A stretch of DNA of 39,497 nucleotides from Bacteroidales bacterium UBA1458 (GTDB lineage: Bacteria; Bacteroidota; Bacteroidia; Bacteroidales; VadinHA17), in NCBI GenBank assembly GCA_002325785.1, contig DCSU01000174.1:9514-49010 (forward strand), written 5' to 3'. The notes beneath the pieces were generated by a model. It was not told the origin of the DNA. It saw nothing but the letters and a program-made list of their open reading frames with translations, and ran no database searches. Shown here piece by piece: positions 23,092 to 32,747 of the stretch (positions are counted from its first letter, which is position 1; each line of letters starts with the position of its first letter). A program made the position numbers and the translations under genes.

Positions 23092-25840
23092 CCAGCTTTT
23101 TCATGTCTTTTACGGTAAGGCCGTTGAGTATTCCGGCATAATTTTTCTCATCATTGCCATCAATTCCGTAGAGGTAATAATTGGTGATCGTGCTTGCCCA
23201 GTAGCTGTTGTGCTCCTTCTCCTCCTCGCGTGTTTTGAGCAGGTTGCTGACGCTCTTTTCAAGATTCACCTGTGAAGGGCCGTTAACGGCAATTCCCTGC
23301 AATTCTTTGTAGATTATTGCTTTAAGGTCCGCAGCCCTGGCAGGGTCGCATTCGAACGCTATAAGAAAATCAGCTTTTTCAACCGGTCTCTTATGAGATG
23401 TGGCATTGGTGCTGACGCCGTAGGTTCCACCTTCTTCCTCTCTTACTTTCTCAGTATAGACCAGGTCAAGGATACCCTTAAGAACATCCATCATCAGGTT
23501 GTTTTTCGGGTTGAATTTCATGCCGGCAGTATAGTTCATTACAACCGTTGCTTTAGGAACTGCAAGGGGGATTGCGATCTCTTTGCGTACGGTGCCATCG
23601 GGCTGGGCAACACCCAGGTCCTTCCAGGTCTCTGTGATATTTTTTGAAGGAAGTGAGCCGATATACTTCGATGCCATATCACGCGCAACCTGCTCTTCCA
23701 CATTACCTGTGATGAAGAATGTAAATGCAGACGCATCGTCAAAGGCCGTCTCATATATGTGGTTCACATCATCATAGCTGATGAGCTTCATTGACTCAGG
23801 AGTCATGAGGAAGGTGCGGGGATGATATCCTGTCATGTTCATCGTGAGGCTGTCAGACAAAATCTTGTTGGGGTTTTTCTGCATGGCGGTTATCACCGCA
23901 GTATAGCGGCCGATGATTGCATCATAAGCCTCCCTGTTGTAATTGGGCCTGGCGAAGCGAAGATAGAGAAGCTGCATCATGGTCTCAAAGTCCTTTGGCG
24001 TAGATGATCCGGTTATTGTTTGAACGGTCTCCTGCAGCCCGAGCGACACAGAGGCCTTCTTGCCGGCCAGCATCTTTGTCAGGGCAACATTGTCAAACTC
24101 ACCGGCTCCGTACATTGAAATTATCTGTGGAAAAAGCGAGAGCGACGGTACCAGGGAGTCAGGATACAGTGATGATCCGCCGTAGGCAAATGCTGATACC
24201 GTGACATTGTCCTTTTCATAGTCGGCATGCCTGAAGACCACCTTTGCCCCGTTTGCCAGAGTCCATTCAGCAGCGCTGAACTGAGGCAGGCTAACGGTGC
24301 TGATCACCGCTGCCCCCGGAAGGGTTTCGCCTATCAGGTCTGTACCACCGGTGATATCTTCGTAAGGGACTATCCGGGCTGCCTTGACCTTTGTAATCAG
24401 GTCAGATACCTCTGCTTCTGAAAGATGCTTCCTGTCATCAGGGCCTTCAACGACTATGAAACTGTTATCATCGGATATGAGGCCCTTCAGTCTTCCCGTA
24501 ACCTCTTCAAGGGTGATCAGTGGAAGGATCTGTTTGTAATATTCATATTGAACATCAAGAGAGGGGATAGGCTCACCTGTAAGGTAGTGGTTACGGATAT
24601 TCGATGCCCAGGAATCATTGCTGATCTTGTCCTTCTGCTTGTATCTGTTCTCGAAGTTGGCAAGCATGGTTGCCTTAGCCCTCTCCAATTCACCTTTGGT
24701 AAAACCGTGTTGCCGGACTCTTTCCATCTCTGTCAGCGCAGCTTCAAGGGCTTTGCTCTCCTGATCATCACGTACGGTTGCTGAGAGTGTGAGAGCGTTG
24801 TAATTCCTGGCCAGGAAAGAATCGTAACTAAGAGATCCGTTGATGAACGGCGGTGTACCTTTCTGCACTATCTCACTGAACCTGTTTCTCATCATGTTGT
24901 TCATCAGGGCAATGACATAACCGTCACGGATATATTTCATATCCCTGGGTGCTGTATCGGGCTCACGGTCGATAGTGATCAGGCTGACAGAGGTTTCAGA
25001 AGCTTCAGGGTCTGTGATAAGCAGGTATTTTGTTCCCACTTTGGGAACCAGCAGGTTTTCAGGCCTGGGCACGGGGTTTTCGATAGCCGGAATCGGGGAG
25101 AAGATCTCTTTTATCTTTGCTTCGACGGCATCGACATCAATATCGCCCACCACAGCAATAGCTTGAAGATCAGTACGGTACCAGTTAAGGTAGAAGTCGC
25201 GCAGGGTTTGAGGACTGAAATTTTTGATTACTGCAGTATCTCCTATGATATCCCTGGAAGCATACTGTGATCCTTCAAACAAAACTGGAAGCATCTGTGT
25301 CATCATCCTCCAGGAAGCATCACGTCTGCTTCTCCATTCCTCCATTATAACGCCTCTTTCCTTATTAATTTCCTCTTCAGCCAGCGTCAGGTAGTCAGAC
25401 CAGTCAGCCAGGATCATGAGGCAGGTATCTGTGAGGCCCGGTTTATCAACGGGCACATCGCTCAGGTTATAGACTGTCTCATCCCAGCTGGTGTACGCGT
25501 TTATATTGTAGCCAAAGGCTACTCCATGGCGTTCAAGGGTGCTCAGAAGGCTCTTCCCGGGGAAATGTTCAGTTCCGTTGAAGGCCATGTGCTCAAGGAA
25601 GTGGGCCAGACCATTCTGGATGTCCTTCTCAAGAATGGCTCCGACATTCTGGATTATATAATAGCTGGCCCTTCCTGCAGGCTCTGTGTTATGCCTGATG
25701 TAGTAGGTAAGGCCATTTTCGAGCTTTCCGATCCGGTAAGCAGGATCAACAGGAATAGTGCTGTCTGTAGGGTTCTGTGCCGTTGCTGACAAAACAGCGG
25801 CAACAAGCAATGAGAGAACAAGAAATCTTTTCATGATCAT
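23030..25840 (-). CDS. M16-family zinc peptidase (insulinase/pitrilysin-like, two M16 units)
   Basis: Inverted zincin motif HFLEHMAFNGT (HxxEH) with a downstream Glu. Signal peptide MKRFLVLSLLVAAVLSATAQ. About 935 aa. The track start at 25888 is a TTG that falls inside the predicted -7 box, so ATG at 25840 or 25834 is preferred. Confidence 0.9.
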   Translation of the reverse strand: MIMKRFLVLSLLVAAVLSATAQNPTDSTIPVDPAYRIGKLENGLTYYIRHNTEPAGRASYYIIQNVGAILEKDIQNGLAHFLEHMAFNGTEHFPGKSLLSTLERHGVAFGYNINAYTSWDETVYNLSDVPVDKPGLTDTCLMILADWSDYLTLAEEEINKERGVIMEEWRSRRDASWRMMTQMLPVLFEGSQYASRDIIGDTAVIKNFSPQTLRDFYLNWYRTDLQAIAVVGDIDVDAVEAKIKEIFSPIPAIENPVPRPENLLVPKVGTKYLLITDPEASETSVSLITIDREPDTAPRDMKYIRDGYVIALMNNMMRNRFSEIVQKGTPPFINGSLSYDSFLARNYNALTLSATVRDDQESKALEAALTEMERVRQHGFTKGELERAKATMLANFENRYKQKDKISNDSWASNIRNHYLTGEPIPSLDVQYEYYKQILPLITLEEVTGRLKGLISDDNSFIVVEGPDDRKHLSEAEVSDLITKVKAARIVPYEDITGGTDLIGETLPGAAVISTVSLPQFSAAEWTLANGAKVVFRHADYEKDNVTVSAFAYGGSSLYPDSLVPSLSLFPQIISMYGAGEFDNVALTKMLAGKKASVSLGLQETVQTITGSSTPKDFETMMQLLYLRFARPNYNREAYDAIIGRYTAVITAMQKNPNKILSDSLTMNMTGYHPRTFLMTPESMKLISYDDVNHIYETAFDDASAFTFFITGNVEEQVARDMASKYIGSLPSKNITETWKDLGVAQPDGTVRKEIAIPLAVPKATVVMNYTAGMKFNPKNNLMMDVLKGILDLVYTEKVREEEGGTYGVSTNATSHKRPVEKADFLIAFECDPARAADLKAIIYKELQGIAVNGPSQVNLEKSVSNLLKTREEEKEHNSYWASTITNYYLYGIDGNDEKNYAGILNGLTVKDMKKLVKKYLAKADLLEMVFVPEKK

Positions 25841-25885
25841 AAATTGTTTTAAGTTATCAGAGACATTGACACGACTTATCAAATT

Positions 25886-25893
25886 CAAATTTA
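25886..25893 (-). promoter_or_regulatory. Bacteroidota -7 promoter box TAAATTTG (TAnnTTTG) for the M16 peptidase gene
   Basis: The reverse complement of 25886-25893 is TAAATTTG. It is about 45 bp upstream of the ATG at 25840 and directly downstream of the dNK terminator. Confidence 0.4.
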
Positions 25894-25894
25894 G

Positions 25895-25922
25895 AAAAAA
25901 ACCATCACTGAGGATGGTTTTT
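25895..25922 (-). terminator. rho-independent-type terminator after the deoxynucleoside kinase gene
   Basis: The minus strand reads GGCAAAAACCATC-CTCAGT-GATGGTTTTTTTC. That is a 9-bp stem (25898-25906/25913-25921), a 6-nt loop, then a U-run. It lies 25 nt after the stop. Confidence 0.6.
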
Positions 25923-25945
25923 GCCTGAAAATCAGCTGAAATTTT

Positions 25946-26560
25946 TCAGAAGAGACCGTGCAGCTCGGCGTTGATCTTGTCAATGACTTCGCTGAGGTGC
26001 TCCTTATTTTCGGGGAAATCGTAATAGTCGGCCTCAAGGATAAGCAGTCTGCCGAACTTATATGATTCTATCCAGGCCTCGTATCGTTCATTGAGTCTCT
26101 TGAGATAGTCAAGCCTTATTGAGCTTTCATATTCACGGCCGCGTTTCTGTATCTGGCTTACCAGCGTTGGTACCGAAGCCCTGAGGTAGAGAAGCAGGTC
26201 AGGTGGTTCCACGAGTGAGCTCATAAGCTTGAAGAGTGTGAAATAGTTTTCAAAGTCGCGTGTTGACATTAGCCCCATTGCATGGAGGTTTGGAGCGAAA
26301 ATATATGCGTCTTCGTATATTGTGCGGTCCTGAACAATTGTGTTTTTTGCCTTTTTTATTTCGAGAACCTGGCTGAAGCGTGAGTTCAGAAAGTATATCT
26401 GAAGGTTGAAAGACCACCTCTGCATGTCCTCATAGAAATCATTGAGGTAGGGATTTTCATCCACCTCTTCATAATGAGCCTGCCAGCCGTAATGTTTCGA
26501 GAGCAGTCCGGCCAGTGTTGTCTTGCCTGATCCGATGTTTCCTGCTATTGCTATGTGCAT
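25946..26560 (-). CDS. deoxynucleoside kinase (dAK/dCK/dGK family)
   Basis: P-loop IAGNIGSGKTT, a conserved QDRTIYED (ERS/DR-type) segment and a lid-region RGREYE. 204 aa. Confidence 0.87.
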   Translation of the reverse strand: MHIAIAGNIGSGKTTLAGLLSKHYGWQAHYEEVDENPYLNDFYEDMQRWSFNLQIYFLNSRFSQVLEIKKAKNTIVQDRTIYEDAYIFAPNLHAMGLMSTRDFENYFTLFKLMSSLVEPPDLLLYLRASVPTLVSQIQKRGREYESSIRLDYLKRLNERYEAWIESYKFGRLLILEADYYDFPENKEHLSEVIDKINAELHGLF

Positions 26561-26635
26561 AAAATTAACCGTTTAAATCTGAGTCTAAATATAGGAAAAA
26601 GGGAGGGAGATGATCTGTCTGTTAATAAAAAGATT

Positions 26636-28150
26636 TCATCTACCGGCGGTTTTCAGGACGCTCTCGATAAATTCCCTGTTGTTTGAGAGCCGGGGCATTT
26701 TGTTTTGTCCGCCGAGCTTGTCTCTATCCCTGAACCATTTGTAGAAGGTTCCTTTTGGCACAACTCGTACCACAGGTCTTACAAGGGTCAGGTCCTTGTA
26801 TCTTTTGGCTTCGTAGTCAGAGTTCAGGGCTTTGAGGGTGGTGTCAAGTATTTCGATGAAATGGTCAATATCTTCGGGTTCCTTGTTAAACTCAATCACC
26901 CATTCGTGGGAGCCGCGTGTTTCACTTCCCATATATACAGGGCCGGCAGTATATTCACTGATATGTGCTCCTGTGCCATTGCAGGCTTTCTCAAGTGCCT
27001 TTTCGGCATTGTCAATTATGACCTCTTCGCCGAAGGCATTGATAAAGTGTTTGGTCCGGCCTGTTATTTTAATCTTGTGGGGGAAGAGGCTTGTGAATTC
27101 AACAGTATCGCCGATGGCATATCTCCACAACCCGCAGTCGGTTGATATAATGACGGCATAGTTCACACCTTTTTCAACTTCGCCAATGGTAAGAGTACGA
27201 GGGTTGTCAGTCCCGATCTCATCTGCCGGGATGAATTCATAATAAACGCCATAATCGAGCATCAGCAGCATGGAGCTGTCTGAAAGGTCATCCTGTATGG
27301 CGAAGAAACCTTCGGATGCATTGTAGGTCTCCATGTAATGCATATTCGGGTCAGGAAGCAGCTTTTTGTATTGTTCACGGTAAGGAGCAAAGCTGATGCC
27401 GCCATGAAAGAAAACTTCGAGGTTGGGCCAAACCTGGTGAAGGTTTTCCTTGCCGGTGGTCTTCAGGATATGTCTGATCAGGACAAGGTACCATGATGGT
27501 ACACCGGAGATGCTGGTGATGTTCATATCCACCGTCTTTTCGGTGATCATCTTCATCTTCTCCTCAAAGTCCTCAATGAGCGCGATGCGTGCCGGCGGAG
27601 TGCGTATCAGGTCAGAGTAGCCTGGCGCGTTCTCAATCAATATGGCAGAGAGGTCTCCGTATAATGAGTTATTGCTGAAGTTGTTGATCTGGTGACTCCC
27701 TCCGAGTGTCAGACCCTTGCCGAGGAACAACCTGGTTGCGGGATTGTATGTTGTGTAGAGCACTATACAGTCTTTGGTGCCACGGTAATGTGTTCCTTCA
27801 AGGGATTCCCTTGTTATTGGTATGAACTTGCTTTTGGTGCTTGTTGTGCCTGAAGACTTAGCAAACCATTTCACCTCCCCGGGCCATAGCAGGTTCTTTT
27901 CTCCGGCCCTTAGTTTTTCTACGTACGGGATAAGTTCCTCATATGACTGGACGGGGACGTTACTGCAAAATTGCTGGTGAGTTGAAACGGACGAGTAGCC
28001 GTGTTCCCTGCCCCACACCGTATCGCGGCTGCGGGCAATAAGCTGTGAGAGGACCTCCTCCTGGCTCTCCGCAGGGAATTTCCTGAAGAGCTCGATCTGT
28101 GAGACTCTTTTGGTGTTTACCCATTTAATGACTGAAGGAATAAATGGCAT
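26636..28150 (-). CDS. GH3 (auxin-responsive promoter / acyl-acid-amido synthetase-like) family protein
   Basis: FAKSSGTTSTKSKFIP adenylation-type motif, YNASEGFFA, and about 500 aa. This resembles the bacterial GH3-family proteins commonly annotated in Bacteroidota. Confidence 0.78.
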   Translation of the reverse strand: MPFIPSVIKWVNTKRVSQIELFRKFPAESQEEVLSQLIARSRDTVWGREHGYSSVSTHQQFCSNVPVQSYEELIPYVEKLRAGEKNLLWPGEVKWFAKSSGTTSTKSKFIPITRESLEGTHYRGTKDCIVLYTTYNPATRLFLGKGLTLGGSHQINNFSNNSLYGDLSAILIENAPGYSDLIRTPPARIALIEDFEEKMKMITEKTVDMNITSISGVPSWYLVLIRHILKTTGKENLHQVWPNLEVFFHGGISFAPYREQYKKLLPDPNMHYMETYNASEGFFAIQDDLSDSSMLLMLDYGVYYEFIPADEIGTDNPRTLTIGEVEKGVNYAVIISTDCGLWRYAIGDTVEFTSLFPHKIKITGRTKHFINAFGEEVIIDNAEKALEKACNGTGAHISEYTAGPVYMGSETRGSHEWVIEFNKEPEDIDHFIEILDTTLKALNSDYEAKRYKDLTLVRPVVRVVPKGTFYKWFRDRDKLGGQNKMPRLSNNREFIESVLKTAGR

Positions 28151-28166
28151 TTATCTGATTTTGTCC

Positions 28167-28174
28167 CAAAGATA
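28167..28174 (-). promoter_or_regulatory. -7 promoter box TATCTTTG (TAnnTTTG) for the GH3-family gene
   Basis: The reverse complement of 28167-28174 is TATCTTTG, 16 nt upstream of the ATG at 28150. Confidence 0.35.
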
Positions 28175-28192
28175 GCTAAAGCCTGATTCAAT

Positions 28193-28915
28193 TCATCTGA
28201 AAATATCCTTCAGGACCTGCAGCGATCTGATCTGTCTTATTCCCGCCAGGTGCAAGCTATAGTATTTCAGTATCCGTGCGAGCAGATCAGTACGTTCTTC
28301 TCCGGAGAGTGACAGAGAACTGACCTTTTCAGCCGGCATCTGCAACAGGCGGTTGAGAATAGCGGCGCTGCTCGGTTCCAGGTAATCGGGGTGCAGTGGC
28401 TGTTGTGCCGTGAACTGACCGGAAAGCATATCAAAGTAACACTCCTGAAGTGAAGTATGCGACGGACCAATCCCGGTATAATCCATTAATGCTACAAGAA
28501 ACCACAGGTGAAAGTTGCTTGTCCCGGCAGTCATTCCGTCAAGGGTGATGACGGATGATTCAATGAATTCATAAAGCATCCGGTTTGCGTCTTCCTCCCT
28601 TATAATATTGTACAAAATCTCACTGATGAACATTGCCACGGTGGTTCGCTGAATATCCCCGGGAATGGTTTTAGGGATGAAAGCGAGGCTCATCTCTTTC
28701 AGGTTGTGCAACTCCCTGTTTTCATAATGGTAAAGTTCGATATTGAAGATATTCAATGGCTGGAAATAATTGAACCGGACTCCTCTCTTTCCGGAGGAAA
28801 TTCCTTTGACCATTACAGACAACCTTCCGAATTCCTGTGTATAGAAATAAGCAATCAGAGAGTTTTCTGAATAACGGACATGATGAAGCAGGACGGCTTT
28901 GGTTTTTACCAGCAT
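28193..28915 (-). CDS. recO: DNA repair protein RecO
   Basis: N-terminal OB-fold start MLVKTKAVLLHHVRYSENSLIAYFYT, typical of RecO. About 240 aa. ATG at 28915 is preferred because a TAnnTTTG box (28933-28940) lies inside the longer track ORF. Confidence 0.8.
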   Translation of the reverse strand: MLVKTKAVLLHHVRYSENSLIAYFYTQEFGRLSVMVKGISSGKRGVRFNYFQPLNIFNIELYHYENRELHNLKEMSLAFIPKTIPGDIQRTTVAMFISEILYNIIREEDANRMLYEFIESSVITLDGMTAGTSNFHLWFLVALMDYTGIGPSHTSLQECYFDMLSGQFTAQQPLHPDYLEPSSAAILNRLLQMPAEKVSSLSLSGEERTDLLARILKYYSLHLAGIRQIRSLQVLKDIFR

Positions 28916-28932
28916 TGCATGAAACCTGAAAC

Positions 28933-28940
28933 CAAATGTA
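28933..28940 (-). promoter_or_regulatory. -7 promoter box TACATTTG (TAnnTTTG) for recO
   Basis: The reverse complement of 28933-28940 is TACATTTG, 17 nt upstream of the 28915 ATG. Confidence 0.4.
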
Positions 28941-28983
28941 TTAAAGTTTCCGGACAGCACATTGCACGTCAGGGTGCTGACTT

Positions 28984-28991
28984 TAATTTTG
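28984..28991 (+). promoter_or_regulatory. -7 promoter box TAATTTTG (TAnnTTTG) for the cyclase-HD gene
   Basis: Exact TAnnTTTG match 25 nt upstream of the ATG at 29017. A partial -33 element (ATTG, 28961-28964) lies 19 bp upstream. Confidence 0.4.
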
Positions 28992-29016
28992 TATATTTAC
29001 GCTTCAATTTCAGAAT

Positions 29017-30411
29017 ATGGATTCAAGATCAAAGGATCAGCTGCTCAAACGCATAGCCAGGCTTGCCCGTCAGAATAAAGAGCTTGAGGAGCAGGTTAAG
29101 AAGCTTGAGCGGGAGAAGGGGAAGATTCTGGAAATGAACGAGAGATACAGGCTTCTGCTTGAACGGAATGAACTACCGGGAGCAAAAACCGCTGAGGAAG
29201 AGAAGTCGGCCAGATACAACATGGTCACGGTGCTGTTCGCCGATATCCACGGTTTCTCAAAACTTGTGGAAGACATGGATTCTACAAGGATAATGGATGA
29301 ACTTGATGAGATTTTTCTGGAATTCGATAAAATAATCGGGAAATATCATGTTGAGAAAATAAGGTCAATCGGTGACACACTGATGTGTGCCGGGGGGATA
29401 CCATCGAAGAATATAACTAACCCGGTGGAGGTTGTTATGGCCGCGGTGGAGCTCAGACACTTCCTGAAGAATTATGAGTCAGGGAAGAGAGCCGATGACA
29501 GGATATGGAATCTGAAGACAGGTATCCATACGGGCCCGGTAACTGCCTCCTTGTCAGGCAAAAACAAGGTCTCGTACGACATCAAGGGTCGTGCGGTAAA
29601 TACGGCAAGCCGTATCGAGAACGTCTCGGATAAGGACTCAATCCTGATCTCGGTTATGACCTACGAACTGGTCAAGGAATTTTTCCATTGTGAGTATTTC
29701 GGGAAACTGCCCGTGAAATATACAGGCAGCATTCAGATGTACCGGGTTAAAGGTCTGCTTCCGGAGTTATCTGTTGATGGCCGCGGATTCATACCCAATG
29801 ATGCGTTCAAAATCAAATTCGGATTAATCCAGTTCACTGATATACAAGAGATTATATTGGATAAGCTTGAGCGGGAATTGCCCGAGTTTCTCTTTTATCA
29901 TAATGTCAAGCACACGGTTGATGTGGTTACGGAGGTTGAGCTAATCGGATGGGCAGAAGGATGCAATGACGAGGAGATACTTCTGCTGAAGACTGCTGCT
30001 CTCTTCCATGATGCGGGGCATTCTGTCTCGTATGATGATCATGAATATCAGGGTACGCTTCTGGCCCGGGAGATGCTGCCCGGTTACGGCTATTCCGGTA
30101 AGCAGATTGACAGGATTTGCAGTATTATCATGTCAACCAAGCTGCCTCCCCGGCCTGCCGACCTGCTTGAACAGATCATCTGTGACTCCGATCTCGATTA
30201 CCTTGGCAGAAGTGATTTTATTCCTGTTTCAAATACCCTTTTTGAGGAGTTGAAGGCGCAGAACAAGATCACAAAACTGAACGACTGGAACAAGATGCAG
30301 GTGAAATTCATCTCGGGTCACCAGTATTTCACTGCCACTGCCCGCAGTCTCAGGGAGGTGAACAAGAAGCTGCAGATTGAGAGGATACAGAGTCTGATCA
30401 CCGAAGAGTGA
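29017..30411 (+). CDS. class III adenylate/guanylate cyclase fused to an intact HD phosphohydrolase domain (soluble, N-terminal coiled coil)
   Basis: Coiled coil at aa 8-50. Cyclase motifs VTVLFADIHGFS, IRSIGDTLMCAGG and YDIKGRAVNTASRIE. HD domain motifs YHNVKHTVDV ... ALFHDAGHS ... ICDSDLDYLG. Confidence 0.88.
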   Translation: MDSRSKDQLLKRIARLARQNKELEEQVKKLEREKGKILEMNERYRLLLERNELPGAKTAEEEKSARYNMVTVLFADIHGFSKLVEDMDSTRIMDELDEIFLEFDKIIGKYHVEKIRSIGDTLMCAGGIPSKNITNPVEVVMAAVELRHFLKNYESGKRADDRIWNLKTGIHTGPVTASLSGKNKVSYDIKGRAVNTASRIENVSDKDSILISVMTYELVKEFFHCEYFGKLPVKYTGSIQMYRVKGLLPELSVDGRGFIPNDAFKIKFGLIQFTDIQEIILDKLERELPEFLFYHNVKHTVDVVTEVELIGWAEGCNDEEILLLKTAALFHDAGHSVSYDDHEYQGTLLAREMLPGYGYSGKQIDRICSIIMSTKLPPRPADLLEQIICDSDLDYLGRSDFIPVSNTLFEELKAQNKITKLNDWNKMQVKFISGHQYFTATARSLREVNKKLQIERIQSLITEE

Positions 30412-32715
30412 TCAATTGATTACCAACATTTTAGTGACTGCAGCAAGGTTCCCGTCTTCATTCGAGCAGAAGATGAGATAGACTCCGGTTGCCACCCTGG
30501 CGGAGCGGTAGTTGCGCAGATCCCAGGTAACCTGTCCCCCGAGGGAGGTGGTCTCATAAACAAGGTTCCCGCTTACGTCGGTGATCTTTACCGATGAGTT
30601 TTCAATGAGGCCTGTCACGGTTACCACACCCATAAAATCCTCCCTGACCGGGTTGGGGAAAACATAAATTCCCGAAAAATCTTCTTTGCCTTCTGTTGCC
30701 TCACCGCGGAAAGAAATTATGCCTTCGGATGTGCCGAACCAGACCTCACCGGAGAGTCCGTTTATGGCTATCGTGACAATATTGTCAGACAGAAGGGGGC
30801 TGTTGGAGCTGTTGAAGTGAAGCAGTTCCTTCTTTGCGTCGTCTGACATCAGATAGGCTCCCGAACTCATGGTTCCGAACCACTTTCTGTTTGCACCGTC
30901 TATGGCTATGGATGTGACTGTCTCTGTACCCAGCAGATAGTCAGCAAGTCCGGACCCGTCATTGCGCGGAATTTTAATTCTGGAGGCCATCAGTCCGCCC
31001 GAGAATACTTTTCCGGGGTTATAAAATACTGCAGGTCCGGTATCTGTTCCGATCCAGATGTTTCCGTCATTGTCAGTGGTAATTGCAAAAAGGTTATTCA
31101 TCACATGCCCCTCGGCGTCTTCGGCCTGAAGCCTGAGATACCTGTCATCTGAAATTGTTTCGGGTGTGCCGGCAGGGTCATAAACCAGCAATCCGTGGCC
31201 GCGTGGCAGAATAACCCAGATGAAGTCGTTGCGGTCTATGACTATGTCTCCTGTAACTGGCACGTTCAGGTTAAGTGACGGTGTGATCCAGTTACCGTCA
31301 GGGGTAAGGGCTTTCAGATTACCCGGCACCCCCGACTGCGACATCCAAAGGTTTCCCGACCTGTCATATGCCAGTCCGCAAATACGTGAATAATTCTCTC
31401 CCGGTATTACACTTGCCAGGGGAGAGTTATACTGGTTGAAGTTGTTTACCATCTCACCCTCCAGGAATTCATAGAGACCGTTGCCCCACGATGAGGCAAA
31501 AAAGTGATTTTCATCCGTCGGGTCAGCTATTACTCTCATGGCATCCCTGTCAGCATCACCGTAGAGAATTATGCTCTGCCATTCGTCATTTGTGCCTGTG
31601 AAGATCTGGAGGGGCCTGTAAACATTGCCCCACGCATTGTCTACTGTTCCCCCGGTGACATAGAAATTATCACCTGAGAAATGGATGTCTGCAACATTAT
31701 TGGTATAAGGTCCTGTGATTGTAAGATTCCGGAAGGTGATATAGTCAGATGTAGAAACCAGGCCGGCAGAGGCATCGGCTATCCAGAGGTTCTGTCCGTG
31801 ACTCAGTGCCATGCGGGGATTGACGGAAGCCCAGCCGTAACCGGTGATCTCCCTGGTGATAGTACCCTGCGAAGAAAGAATTTTCAGGGTAGAGGTTGTT
31901 GACATAAACATTGATGTGCCGTCGCCGTCGCCGTCGAGTGACCTGATGGCACCAGCCGGAGCGGTGGTAATGAGGGTGGCATCCTGGCCGGGGATAATGC
32001 GGAACAGCGAATCCGGAGACGGGGATGATCCTTGCCTGCTTATGAACAGTGCCGGTCCCGCAACTGCAACATTGTCATATTCTGACGTCGGATCAGGCAA
32101 TCCCTCCAGCAGGTCCCAGTTGCCGGAGTATGAGAGTCCGGGACGGCTCAGTGGTGCAGAAAATACCCCTTTTGCGGTAGCCGCATAGACACGCTCATTG
32201 AGGATTGCCGTTTTGTGAACCAAGTTTGTTTCACCGTCAGGCCCGGGCCTCCAGGTGTCAGCCACATATCTTCCCCTGATGTCAAGTACCACAATACCGA
32301 AACTGCATGACAAAAGAGCCCGGCTGCCCGAGACGGTTACATCATAAATCTCCTTGAACCCTGCGATGTATTTATTTTTGATATCGGGGATATTGGTGAT
32401 AACTCCCTTCCTTACCAGGTCAACGCCGGTATTGCTATACACTACTATCAGGGTTTCTTCATCATCGCACCATTCTATTAGTCTGATGGCGGTTTCATTA
32501 AGCCCTGAAACCCTCGAAAGGGGCGATGATTTTCCGGATGGTATGTCATAAACAAGAATCGATGCTCCGGCAGCAGACCAGATCTTGTCTCCCCCTGCTG
32601 CAACAGAAAATGATGAACTGTATGAAAGACGGTCATTCCATGATCCCACTGCCCCCTGTCCGCGGAGGAGAAGCGAGATGGCCATGAATGCGGTTATTGT
32701 TATGATCCTCCTCAT
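30412..32715 (-). CDS. porZ: T9SS-sorted double beta-propeller protein, PorZ-like
   Basis: Signal peptide, repeated two-component-regulator propeller-type blades (..GNLWMSQ.., ..NIWIGTDTGPAVF.., ..RKWFGTMSSGAYL.., ..EVWFGTSEGIISF..). C-terminal T9SS sorting domain (YVFPNPV...VKITDVSGNLVYE...GVYLIF...TKMLVIN). The 767-aa length matches PorZ. The symbol is tentative. Confidence 0.6.
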   Translation of the reverse strand: MRRIITITAFMAISLLLRGQGAVGSWNDRLSYSSSFSVAAGGDKIWSAAGASILVYDIPSGKSSPLSRVSGLNETAIRLIEWCDDEETLIVVYSNTGVDLVRKGVITNIPDIKNKYIAGFKEIYDVTVSGSRALLSCSFGIVVLDIRGRYVADTWRPGPDGETNLVHKTAILNERVYAATAKGVFSAPLSRPGLSYSGNWDLLEGLPDPTSEYDNVAVAGPALFISRQGSSPSPDSLFRIIPGQDATLITTAPAGAIRSLDGDGDGTSMFMSTTSTLKILSSQGTITREITGYGWASVNPRMALSHGQNLWIADASAGLVSTSDYITFRNLTITGPYTNNVADIHFSGDNFYVTGGTVDNAWGNVYRPLQIFTGTNDEWQSIILYGDADRDAMRVIADPTDENHFFASSWGNGLYEFLEGEMVNNFNQYNSPLASVIPGENYSRICGLAYDRSGNLWMSQSGVPGNLKALTPDGNWITPSLNLNVPVTGDIVIDRNDFIWVILPRGHGLLVYDPAGTPETISDDRYLRLQAEDAEGHVMNNLFAITTDNDGNIWIGTDTGPAVFYNPGKVFSGGLMASRIKIPRNDGSGLADYLLGTETVTSIAIDGANRKWFGTMSSGAYLMSDDAKKELLHFNSSNSPLLSDNIVTIAINGLSGEVWFGTSEGIISFRGEATEGKEDFSGIYVFPNPVREDFMGVVTVTGLIENSSVKITDVSGNLVYETTSLGGQVTWDLRNYRSARVATGVYLIFCSNEDGNLAAVTKMLVIN

Positions 32716-32747
32716 TATGCTTTAGCCGCTGCAGCCGTTATTTTTCG

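Noticed and set aside
25946-28915. Deoxynucleoside kinase + GH3-like adenylating enzyme + RecO, considered as a possible nucleotide-based defence island.
   Set aside because: All three look like conserved single-copy housekeeping genes, each with its own promoter box. There is no nuclease, effector, mobile-element flank or compositional break. Adjacency alone does not support a defence system.
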